Below, one piece after another: positions 1 to 9,587 of a DNA stretch of 20,000 bases. The notes under the pieces are model-generated. The model saw only the letters and a program-made list of their open reading frames with translations. It was not told where the DNA came from and ran no database searches. The DNA comes from Psammoneis japonica (taxonomy: Eukaryota), in assembly GCA_008632985.1 (NCBI GenBank), contig QPGO01000111.1, positions 238,036 through 258,035 of the forward strand, given 5' to 3'. Each line of letters begins with the position of its first letter. Positions within the stretch are counted from its first letter, which is position 1. The translations under genes were made by a program, and so were the position numbers.

Positions 1-23
1 AGGTTTCTGAAATCTCCTTTTGA

Positions 24-393
24 CCCTTCAACCACCAGGGGAGCAAATCTCCGCGGGTGGAGATTTGCTCCACTTGAGGATTTGTGACATGTCATGCACT
101 TTTGCGACAATGCAATGAACATGGCACAAAAATGTCATGTCAAGTGCAACCTGTGCAAAGCATGCCATGTGCACTCACTTGTTGGGAGAAGTGTGGTGTC
201 ATTGCTCCATTTGTGACAGCAATTCATGACAACCTTCATTGTCAAAGGTTGAGAGATTCAGCTCCTCTCCATTCACAGATGAAGCTTGCAAAAAAACCTT
301 TGTCAAAAGTTGACATTGAACTTTCTAAATTGCAAAAAGGGCCCCCCCAGATTTTTGGCCGTGGAGATTTTCTCAAGTCCAGTGGTTGAAGGG
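24..393. mobile_element. Non-autonomous TIR element (MITE), probably piggyBac-type
   Basis: Perfect inverted termini CCCTTCAACCAC (24-35) / GTGGTTGAAGGG (382-393), extending imperfectly inward (GAGcAAATCTCCgCGG vs the reverse complement of 359-374). Flanks are TTGA (20-23) and TCAA (394-397), each one transition from the piggyBac TTAA target duplication. CCC termini are typical of piggyBac. Confidence 0.55.
40..71. repeat. Perfect 13-bp inverted repeat (subterminal hairpin)
   Basis: GGAGCAAATCTCC (40-52), 6-nt loop, GGAGATTTGCTCC (59-71). Confidence 0.9.
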
Positions 394-614
394 TCAAGTC
401 TGTGGTTGTTTTGCTGAACACAACAAGAAGATGCACCAAATGAACTGTGGCGGTTCCAATGGCATCATTTGCATTGTCATAAAGTGGAAATTTGATGCTG
501 CTGTGGGTGCCGCCATCTTTGCTCTCCCTTGTGTTTGTCATGCGTGTTGGCACAAGAACATTGGCAAGCATGGATCTCCAAACTGTGACTTCACTTTCAA
601 CATTCCAGTGCATG

Positions 615-766
615 GTTTCAACACTTTTTGTTGAAACTGTTGGTTTCAACAGAATGAAAACTGTTGAAGCCGCGCTTGCTTCAACAAAACATTTTCAGCT
701 TCAACAGAATTTTGTTGAGGCTGTGCAGCTTCAACAGATTTTTTGTTGAAGCCGTCAGTTTCAACA
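615..766. repeat. Array of short TTCAACA/TGTTGA motifs in alternating orientation
   Basis: About 6 TTCAACA and 4 TGTTGA copies form small inverted repeats, e.g. GTTTCAACA 615-623 / TGTTGAAAC 629-637. The arrangement resembles transposon subterminal repeats. Confidence 0.7.
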
Positions 767-2641
767 ATTCTTTGACGTCTGTTGAGATTGTTTGACTCAG
801 GCATTTGTGCCAATGTAAGTTGACATCATGTGAGGCAATGCACAGCACCACAACGGCTGTGTGTCTGCCATTTTTTGACTGGAAATGTCTTTTTTACGCA
901 AACCAGTTTCACACAGTCTGGCAATGCACTTTCAACAGATTTGAGGTGAATTTTAGGGGAGGGAACAAAAACGAGCAGATTGCGGCAATTCCGGAACTAT
1001 TTGGTTTAGGCGGATGTGCTTTCTAGCACTTTTGATTCTGTCACGCGCTGTTGTCGATCCACTGCCGGAAGCACAGAACATCAATGCACTCAGTTGCTCA
1101 GTCTAAAATGATGCAACACCATGCATTTGGAGCTCGCTGCTGTTGCTGTTGCACACGGTTGCACCACAGATTGATCTTCTTTGCTGCTGAGCTGGCGCTG
1201 ATGTCCTCAGATGCAAGCTCGTCATCTCCCAGATTCTCGTGATCATCCTGCTGCTTTGTCGCTCATGTGCCAACAAGCATTTCATGAGAAAAAGTGAAAC
1301 CCTGAAATGTGAGTTACAAAGATGACAGTGCACAAAACTGAGCTGAGAGAAGATGAGCGGGTGATCGCATGAACAACAAGATGCAATCGCACAGGTCTCA
1401 CAACGAAAACACACACACCGGATGCGCGGCATCAAAAAAGAAAGATGTGTTGTCAATGTGGCAATGAAAAGATGCTGCATCAATGTGGCAATGAATGAAG
1501 CAGCTGTTGAAGAGACAGCAGACATGAGGGTTGGTTGGGTGTGTCATCTGAACAAAAAGATGTTGCCAGCAGCTCACCGGTTGTGTTTCGTCAGAAAAAA
1601 ATCAGGCGGCATGTGCTGCATGGCAACAAAAAGATGCTGCAGCTGCAGAGAAGCTGCAGCAGCTGTTGTTGATGAACTGCACTCCAAACTGTTGAAGCAG
1701 CAGCATTTGGCAGGTGATGTGTGGTGTCTCACAGTGCTGCAACATCTGCGGTGCACGTGGTGTGTCAAATCGCGCAGGGGTGCACGGGAAACTCCCAACG
1801 CACAATTTTTTCTTCTCATGTGTCTCAAGCACATGCACAAAGCAGCGTCATTCGTGGCTTTTCCCAGGGATTTCATGCTTCCGACAAAAATTGCAGCAAA
1901 AGGTGGCAATCCCGGGAAACTTTGGGGAATCCCTCGCAGCAAAACCAAACTGAAGGTCGCGTGCGATGCGCCACGCTGGCACACACGACTCATGACTCAC
2001 GACTCGGTCGGCTGACACATTGAACTGTGGCTCCTGTGTTGTGTGCATCCCTTCCATCAAGAGTGTTGATGATGATGTTTGAGCATTGTTGGCATTGGAG
2101 GTGTTCAAAAAAATCAAAGTGTGTGTGAAAAAGCTCCCCACACCTCTCAAACAAAATCCTGCCCATGACAACTCTCAAAGTTCTTCCCACAGCCAACACA
2201 CAACTGCACTGGAAATGGGAGGATGTCTGGCACATGGTCTGATGATGATTGCACAAGGACAAAAATGGGGAAGTCTGCAGTTGACCTTGAACGTCGGAGA
2301 GGGAGATTTGTCGTGTGGGCACAATGAAACTGTGAGCCAGCCTGTCTGTAAAGTCGTTGATGAGGCCGGCTGTCCAGCAGTTCCTCCCAGCCAGATGGAA
2401 GAAGAAGAGAAAAGGAAAAGGAAGGAAAAAATAAACATCAACGAAGGTTTGAAAGGGTGCGCTGCAGTGCCGCAGTGTGCACAGCAGTGAAGACGGACGT
2501 AGACAGGTGCAGACGCGCTGCGTGGAATTTGGTGCGAAGTGTCACACATTTATGTGCGCAGAAGGATGTGGATCACCAACGGCTGGAATGAAGCAGCACA
2601 CCACACAGCAGTGAGTGCAGCTCTGTCATCACGGCGCTAGA

Positions 2642-4101
2642 ATGGCAGAGGACAACATCGTTGCGTCTGGCAAAGCAGAGGATGCAGCAGCTCCGGAAGT
2701 CATGGCAGAACTCACGGGCACCGAAGGCGCGGCGGCAGCTGCCATGACTGCACTTGGCGCCGAGGGAAGTGCCGAGGGTGTGTCCGTCAAGTCCGAACGC
2801 GCAAGGATGTCGGAGAAGCCGGCGCAGTCCCAAACTGAAAAGAGTGAGAAAGCCATGCCGCCGGAGCCAACCTTTCAAATTTGTGGTTGGAATGAAGCAC
2901 AGCAGCTGGGTTGCACCGCCAAGCAGCTCCTTGAGGCCGGTTGCAAGATCGAGTTGGTGGGTGATCAGGCCACCTTTGTGAAACCGGAGGTCCTGCCTTT
3001 TTGCAGCGGCAAAAGCGAGGAGGCAGCCAAGCCTGCGGCCAAAGTGGTCGCGAAAGCAACGGCAGAAGAGGAAGAAGAAGGAAAGCAATTTCCGGGCCCC
3101 AACGATCCGTCATTCGACTTGTGGGACTGGGTGTTGCGGCACGAAAAATCCGATAAATTCCAGGAGTCCATGTGCCTGATGAAGGATGCGCCGAACAATC
3201 CCGACCTCTGGTTCCCCGTGCTGGGAGAACTGGGGTGCATCAGGAGCGACCCTGAAGCCATCGCGAATGCTCACGGCGAACACTGCAAGTGGGTGTGGAG
3301 GTGCCGCACGGAAGTCGGCGAGAGGGGCATCCCAGACTCGACGCCGAAGAGCAACAAAGTGTTCAAGACCGCCGTCGAGGCTTTCGAAGCGGGGTGGTCG
3401 CTCGCACTGGTCTGTCTCGTGAAGAGAGCAAGCACAGAAGTGTGCACATTTGGATGAGGCGCCGTGTCACTCAACCTGCATTGTTTTGCCTCGAAAAGTC
3501 CGTTCGCTCTGCAGGCCTCAAGGAGGTGGAGTTGGGCGAGCTGCGCGCATCGCAACGGAGGGGCGCAGGCATTGGTTTTTTTGCTTTGCGCCAGTTCCAG
3601 AAAGGCAGTGCGGTTGGAATCTACGTGGGCCCCAGGGTGCCCGGTGCGACGAGGAGCTGCTCGTGGTGCGACCACAACAGCAAGTTTGGAGAAGACCACA
3701 GCGTGTGCTGCTCCACCATCCATGACAGCGAGGGCTGCCACGTCACAGTGGAGCCAAAACCGCTTGATTTTAGCGGTCCAGGGAACAAGAATTCCCATCC
3801 ACTCCACCTCGGAATGCACTGCGTGAACGATGCCACCGAGTCATTCAAGGACAAGAAGAAGATCAAGGCAAGCCAACACGCGGACAACAACTGCGAGTTC
3901 TACAACGATGGGTGCTTGGCAGTCACGAAGCGAATCATGCCCGGGGAGGAATTTCTCTGCAGATGCAACTTGGACGAATCGGAGAAGAAGAAGAAGAAGA
4001 GGAAGGCGACGTCGGGTGCCATGAATCGGAAGAAGAAATCGTGTCTACTCCCCAAGTCGGGGGGGAGAAGCTCCACGTCTGGCAAAACGTTTGCCGTGTA
4101 G
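2642..4101 (+). pseudogene. SET-domain (lysine methyltransferase-like) protein gene with one frameshift
   Basis: The C-terminal frame has SET motifs GAGIGFFALRQFQKGSAVGIYVG, GMHCVNDA and NNCEF..GCLAVTKRIMPGEEFLCRCN (GEELxxxY with Y->C), followed by a basic NLS-like tail. The upstream Ala/Glu-rich frame (ATG 2642) joins it if one G is added to the G-run at 3391-3394. Confidence 0.7.
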
Positions 4102-4211
4102 TGTGCTCTGTAAATTGGCAGCACAGTGTGTTGGTGTTTTTCAGCGAAACTGCAGCATCAGTTGGAAAGGCGCAGCCGCAGTTGTGGTTCGAAAAATGGG
4201 AACAAGGAAGA

Positions 4212-4313
4212 ACAGAAAGTCGGTAAATTTGCACAAATCTGGTGAATTGGCAGGCACCTGCATGGTCGCCTGAGCACAGAAAGTCAGCAAATTTACGCAA
4301 ATTTAGCAAGTTA
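4212..4313. repeat. 38-bp imperfect direct repeat (two copies, 64 bp apart)
   Basis: 4212-4249 and 4276-4313 align without gaps, with 10 differences that are all transitions. Confidence 0.8.
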
Positions 4314-4323
4314 TTTTGTGCTG

Positions 4324-5757
4324 TCACAGTCGCCTGAGAATGGTCTCTTCCTCTAGAGAAAGGGGGATTGAATTGTTGTTCTTGCCCACTGCAGCACTCT
4401 TCAGGTAGAGAGACACACAGAAGAACTCGTCGTTTGAGTTTGTCCTGCTGGAGATGCAGTGGTGCTTGGTGGGGTTAAAAATGATGACATCACCAAGCCG
4501 GAGTGCAACGGAGATGCCTTCGGCAGGGAAGCAGAAGTGCGCCACAATCCCGTCATTCATGGTGCAGCTGCCGGACGGAGGGACTCCCACCACGGTGACT
4601 GCTGACAGGAAGAAGTCCTGGTCCCGATGGGCGTTGAGGAAGACATTGCGCCCAGCCGCCAGAGAGGAGAAAATGCCATCTGACCACACCAGGGATTTCC
4701 AGTTGTGAAACTTTTTGACACGAGCGACACCCTGGAGGATGGCATGGTCCACGTGCTCATTGACAAGGTGCTCCATGCGTGAAAGAAGTCTGGTGAGGTG
4801 GTGAGTGTGTTGGTCGGCTGTGCCAGGCTGCTTGCAAGAAATTCGAGCGTCCCTCGTGGCAGCCAGGCCAATCGTGGAACACTTGCTCCTGTCCGTCTCC
4901 ATGAAGGCAACGCATTGTTTGCCGCGCACGGTGGACTGGGCGGTGCAGCATTCTAGTGCTTCGAGCGCTCGGCACTGAGCAACTGGTTCTGCTGGGTTGG
5001 GGGAGCTGAACACCACAGCAGAACGCGGCAGCAGGGTGCAGGTGTTGTCGCAGCGGCAACCGTCCAAGCCAAAGAAAGGCTTCAGATTGAGCACAGGGTC
5101 ACAGACGACCAGAGGAGCCAATTCGGCAAAGTCAATGTCAGCAAGACAAGGTGGTGCAGGCTGAGTGTAGTCGCCGTTATAAACTAGAGTGCGGTCAGCT
5201 ACGCAGTGCACGGAGAGACTCTTAGTGGTGCACGGTGCGAGTGGAACGAGGCGAGTGATCTTGGATGTTTTCCTGCTGGCGCGGCTGCGGATTCGCCTGC
5301 GGCTGCGGCGGGCCTTACGAAGTGGTGGTTGAGCCCTCAACACGTTCTCACACATCCTGGTGCACATTGACGATGCGGTGTTCGCAGAGAACGTGTGTGC
5401 AAACTTGCCGGTAAATGTTCCGCTGCTTGACACTGTCACTGTCGTCTCAACAGTGCCCAAAGCAGAACTCTGTCGACAGGGACCGGCGGACTCCAGGGGA
5501 GTGGGGTCAAAACCCAATCGAGAGATGTGTCTGCTTTCCATTGCCTCAAGAGCACCCAAAGCAAAACTCTGTTGACAGGGACTGGCAGACTCCAGGGGAG
5601 TGGTGTCGAAACCCAATCGCGAGAAGCATTTGCTTGTTGTCGGGCTGCGAGCTGCACGTCCCAAACCCCCACACTGTCGAGACCGGCTGTAACTCGATCG
5701 CGACAAGTGCTTGTCGTTGGTGGGACGACGCAGCGAGGCACGAGGCAGTTGCGACAT
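4324..5757 (-). CDS. 2OG-Fe(II) dioxygenase-domain protein, TET/JBP-like (C-terminal domain)
   Basis: FSSLAAGRNVFLNA-HRD-QD (HxD at 4621-4629), HFCFP..GISVALRLGDVIIFNPTKHH (distal His near 4459-4464) and a terminal CVSLY strand match the double-stranded beta-helix layout of TET/JBP-type enzymes. The N-terminus is low-complexity and basic. The start is uncertain (ATG 5757; the ORF is open to 5793). Confidence 0.65.
   Translation of the reverse strand: MSQLPRASLRRPTNDKHLSRSSYSRSRQCGGLGRAARSPTTSKCFSRLGFDTTPLESASPCQQSFALGALEAMESRHISRLGFDPTPLESAGPCRQSSALGTVETTVTVSSSGTFTGKFAHTFSANTASSMCTRMCENVLRAQPPLRKARRSRRRIRSRASRKTSKITRLVPLAPCTTKSLSVHCVADRTLVYNGDYTQPAPPCLADIDFAELAPLVVCDPVLNLKPFFGLDGCRCDNTCTLLPRSAVVFSSPNPAEPVAQCRALEALECCTAQSTVRGKQCVAFMETDRSKCSTIGLAATRDARISCKQPGTADQHTHHLTRLLSRMEHLVNEHVDHAILQGVARVKKFHNWKSLVWSDGIFSSLAAGRNVFLNAHRDQDFFLSAVTVVGVPPSGSCTMNDGIVAHFCFPAEGISVALRLGDVIIFNPTKHHCISSRTNSNDEFFCVSLYLKSAAVGKNNNSIPLSLEEETILRRL
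5456..5627. repeat. In-frame tandem duplication (99-bp period) within the dioxygenase N-terminus
   Basis: Copies start at 5456 and 5555 and encode SRLGFDTTPLESASPCQQSFALG / SRLGFDPTPLESAGPCRQSSALG. Confidence 0.85.
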
Positions 5758-6123
5758 GGTGTGTCTCAATTTGAAATGTGTTTCAAAACACAACGACGGA
5801 AGTGTTGTCGCGTTGTTTTTGTCTCCGCGGAGGGAGGATCATCCCATGGCAATCTCAGTGCGAGTTCTCGCGTAGAAGTGCGTCACGTGCCGTGCCAGCT
5901 CGTGCGTTTGAATTGCACGGACACACAAGCACGGCAACGATGAGAAGCAGGCCGAGATTCAAAACAAATTTTACCACCCAAAGGCGTCTCATCATTTCAA
6001 CGCATCTGCATGTCTGTTTGAAATGACTTCATGCGTCGCTCCATGCGCAGGTAGAGGCAGCACGCCGCGTTTGAAAATTTTGCGCGCGCAGAGGGCGTGA
6101 CGGCAATTTTACGCATTCTGCGC

Positions 6124-6939
6124 ATGTCACAGTTTGGTTTGGAAATGCGACATCTGGTCAAACCCGCTGCAAGCAAGGTTGATGTTGCCACAAGGTTGGA
6201 TGCGATGAACCATCGTCACAGAAGTGTTGGGGAGTTTTATCTTCAAACGGCTCCGGACTCCGCGTTCCAGAGCAGGCGTGTCTCCGGAGACGGAAGCGGA
6301 TCTTCGCACGGCGGCGAAGTTGGCTTCGCTTTGAGCAGCGAAGTGTTTTTGAACGAACGCCTTCTTGGCATGAATCACACCTGCGACACATCTGTCGACA
6401 TGGGCGGGGGAGTTGCCGGACCCAGCATCGGGCTCAAGTTACTTCGTCGCCGTTGCACCATGGTGAGCATCGAGGCCGACCACGATCATCACCAAGAGGC
6501 TGTACGTTGGGCTCATCGTGCTGGCCTTTGCTCGAACGGCGGGTCAGAGTTGATCAGCAAGTCATTCTTGGACGAGAGGCTGGCTCCTTTGTGGAAAAAG
6601 AAAGGACTCAAGGTGTTCTTCAACAACTGCAACTCCCGCATGGTCGACGACAAGAACACACAGCAGAAGGCAGAGGCGATGCTTTTGAAGTTGTGTCGTG
6701 CTGGGACCGTGGTGGTGGCGCTAGATCCGCTGTTCACGTCGTGCGCGGGAGAGTGGATGTGCGAGTCCTTCACAGCGGATTGCCATGATGGCGACTTTTT
6801 GTGGCACAGCGGAGACGTGAAACATCTCGTCTTCCACAAGTGCACCAAGAAAGAGGAGACTTCTCAGTCAACCAGCCAGCACATGCGACGTCCCACTCCG
6901 ACACACTTGGAACGGAAGCATTTGCCCGTCGCGAAATAG
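6124..6939 (+). CDS. Class I SAM-dependent methyltransferase, DOT1-like
   Basis: Ordered motifs match DOT1-type enzymes: (H)GGE ~ YGE; SVDMGGGVAG ~ FVDLGSGVG; VSIE ~ GVE; VFFNN ~ IFVNN; AGTVVVALDPL ~ GxRIVSxxP. The start is uncertain (6097 GTG, 6124 ATG or a later ATG). Confidence 0.55.
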   Translation: MSQFGLEMRHLVKPAASKVDVATRLDAMNHRHRSVGEFYLQTAPDSAFQSRRVSGDGSGSSHGGEVGFALSSEVFLNERLLGMNHTCDTSVDMGGGVAGPSIGLKLLRRRCTMVSIEADHDHHQEAVRWAHRAGLCSNGGSELISKSFLDERLAPLWKKKGLKVFFNNCNSRMVDDKNTQQKAEAMLLKLCRAGTVVVALDPLFTSCAGEWMCESFTADCHDGDFLWHSGDVKHLVFHKCTKKEETSQSTSQHMRRPTPTHLERKHLPVAK

Positions 6940-7161
6940 CCAATTTTGCTTAAGAACTCAACTGAACTGTTTTTTTGCTGTCACTGTGCTGGACGTCACA
7001 TGCCAGTTGCTCCACTCAATTCGCCATTGCTTTGCGGTAACGTAAAGTTGTCGTCGGAGATGGCACACACTTGAAGAGACAGAGGAAAGCTGAGTTGCAA
7101 TCGACACTTAGTTTGCTGAACATTTACAAATTTACACTGCACCGGCAAAAAAAAAAACAAC

Positions 7162-8034
7162 TCAGTCTTCGTCGCTGTCCTGAAGCACCAAGTCGTCATC
7201 GACGTTCAGGTCAACTTCGCAGTTGAGCTCGACATCATCGTCGGCATCTTCTCCAGCTTCTTCTGCCGGAGCTCCAATGAGACGACAGAGTTCCATGGGC
7301 AACGACCCCTCGTAGAAGTGACTGTGAAGTGAGTTCTTGTTTTGGGCGTGCCAACCGATGTGAAACTGACCACCTTCCTTCTGAAGCTCGGTGAGCGCCG
7401 CCTCATTGCCGATCACTTCGGACCAAACAGCATCCTTCATCCAGAAGAAGTCGTCTTCAACGAAGACCTCGGTGTTGTTCTCAGGGTCATCGTTCAGCTG
7501 CTTCGCAATGCACTTCCCGAGGCCGCGCACTTTAGCATCAGTTGGGACTTCTTCGAGGAAGATGAAGAAGAGACGCACGGCGCAGTTCTTGGCGTTCGTC
7601 TGCAACTTGCCCTCGTGAACCCACCTGCCAGCGCAAGGGTGGAATCCGACTTGAACCGCCCACGGAGTCCTGCTGCGAAGGTCATCAAACAGAACCTTCT
7701 CCGACCAAACATTGGTTGGAAGGGGATTCTTGGCTTGGAGACGAAAAACGACGCCTTTCTTGCGGCCGACAGTGACGGTGGCGCAGCGCAGGAGGGCGTC
7801 CTTGTCGGAATGGCTGCCATCGTCAGAACCGGCAGATTTGGAAAGCTTGAACCCGTGCTTGGCAAGGCAGTCTTCCGGTTTAAGGTCGTCGTCGGTCAAG
7901 CCGTTGGTCTTGCGGGGCGGACTTAGTTTCTTCAACAGAGCATCAGAAAACTTCGTCTTTGCCTTCTTCTGTTTGGTTTCGGCGACTTTGGCTTTCGCAG
8001 CCGGGGAGGTCGTTGTGTTTCTTTTGCGTGCCAT
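7162..8034 (-). CDS. Hypothetical protein (~290 aa) with basic N-terminus and acidic C-terminus
   Basis: Protein-like ORF from MARKRNTTTSP (ATG 8034), with a Lys-rich NLS-like start, a globular-looking middle and a D/E-rich tail. No family recognised. Confidence 0.6.
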   Translation of the reverse strand: MARKRNTTTSPAAKAKVAETKQKKAKTKFSDALLKKLSPPRKTNGLTDDDLKPEDCLAKHGFKLSKSAGSDDGSHSDKDALLRCATVTVGRKKGVVFRLQAKNPLPTNVWSEKVLFDDLRSRTPWAVQVGFHPCAGRWVHEGKLQTNAKNCAVRLFFIFLEEVPTDAKVRGLGKCIAKQLNDDPENNTEVFVEDDFFWMKDAVWSEVIGNEAALTELQKEGGQFHIGWHAQNKNSLHSHFYEGSLPMELCRLIGAPAEEAGEDADDDVELNCEVDLNVDDDLVLQDSDED

Positions 8035-8583
8035 CGAATCAGTCGGAGAGAATTTGTGGGAACAAAAAGTGCGATCGTTCAGAAGTGCCAAGAAAGACCC
8101 AGCAGAGCTGCGCACATCACACCAAGGAGAACTGGCAACGTCAGCAACCAGATTCAAACACGTCGAACTGCAACAAGGCAACCTTCCAGGTGTCAGCACT
8201 TGCAAGTGGTGCATGGGTTCAATTTGAACAAAACAGACACAAGGATCGGAGCACGCAAAGTCACACTAAGTTTGCTGAAAATGCGCAAAATCACGTGCAA
8301 TTCCGTCCATGCTTCGTGTGTGTTTCAGCCGTTGCTGCTGCGTGGCCATCGCGCACGAAATCTAGTCGCCAAACGGTTGACGCCATCGCTGTCACTGCAT
8401 GCTGCACCGGCAGTTAGCCAAGGTGGGCCCATCACCCATTTGGAGGATTCGCACGCACTTTGGAAACACGAATGACGTCAATCGCACTGTCATTGCCACA
8501 CGACTAACTCAACTGCCCCGCCACTCGTTAAAGCGTGATTCTACGGAATTTACGCAAAGCTGCGCCCACCACCAAGATTGCCG

Positions 8584-8676
8584 AAACAACTTGAACAAGA
8601 TCCGAATCTTGCCCCATGGAATGTTCAGAGCAGATGGTCAAAACAACTTGAACAAGATCCAAGTCTCATCCCATGG
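8584..8676 (+). repeat. 57-bp-period direct repeat
   Basis: AAACAACTTGAACAAGATCC at 8584 and 8641, and CCATGG at 8614 and 8671. It reads KQLEQDPxLxPW twice. Confidence 0.85.
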
Positions 8677-8839
8677 GATTTCAACGTTGACGAAACTAAG
8701 TGGGATGTTGCACGTCTGGTGCGAAGAAGGACGTGGGAGGAACGCACACGTCACTCTTCCGTCGAGGTGAAAGAGGCACACTTTCGTCACACTTTTTTGT
8801 GACAGAACCTTTGCGCAAAGGGAAACGAAAAGCATCCAA

Positions 8840-9519
8840 CTGCGGTGATTGGGCCACACCGATCGCAGTTCTCAGTTCTCACAGTGACCTGGCAACGCAG
8901 GTTGTGAGACAACGCACAAGCTCAGCTGCGGTGACTGGACGACACCAGTCGCAGCTCTCACAGAGACCTGATCGCACAGGTTGTGAGAACATGACACAAC
9001 GCTGCGGTGATCGGATGGCACCGACGCAGTTCGTCAAGCAACTAATTCACTTGGCTGCGGTGACTGGATGACACCAGTTGCAGCTCTCACAGCGACCTGA
9101 TTGCACAGGTTGTGAGCAAACAACACAGCGCTGCACCTCGTAATGTAGGTTGTGAGACAACGCACAAGCTCAGCTGCGGTGACTGGACGACACCAGTCGC
9201 AGCTCTCACAGAGACCTGATCGCACAGGTTGTGAGAACACGACACAACACTGCGGTGATCGGGTGGCACCGACGCAGTTCGTCAAGCAACTGATTGACTC
9301 GGCTGCGGTGACTGGACAGCACCAGTCGCAGCACTCACAGCAACCTGATTGCACAGGTTGTGAGAAGACGACACAGCGCCACGGTGAACGGGTGGCACCG
9401 ACGCGGTTCGTTGATCAACTGGACAGAACCACTGCGGTGACTGGACGACACCAGTCGCAGTGCTGCAGGTGGCGAGAAAACACACATCGCTGTGGTGATT
9501 GGACAGCACCGATCGCAGC
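8840..9519. repeat. Tandem array of imperfect hairpin units upstream of RepHel
   Basis: Ten CTGCGGTGA...CGCAG-type units at about 8840, 8926, 9002, 9055, 9174, 9250, 9303, 9379, 9432 and 9490, mostly alternating 76/53-bp spacing. There is a higher-order 248-bp duplication (8899 vs 9147) and a second hairpin, CTCACA..ACCTG/CAGGT TGTGAG. Confidence 0.9.
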
Positions 9520-9587
9520 TTCACGGTGATTGCACTGAAAAAACAACCATTTTTGCTGAGCAACTTCTTGAAATTTGTTGAGTTGAA

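Noticed and set aside
1437..1680. Short AAAAGATG/TCAATGTGGCAATGAA/GCAGCTGTTG repeats and the ORF 1422-2015
   Set aside because: These are low-complexity local duplications, with no supportable coding or structural assignment.
8840..9519. CRISPR-like repeat-spacer array
   Set aside because: The intervening sequences are themselves repeated, the units are degenerate and unevenly spaced, there are no cas genes, and the context is eukaryotic.
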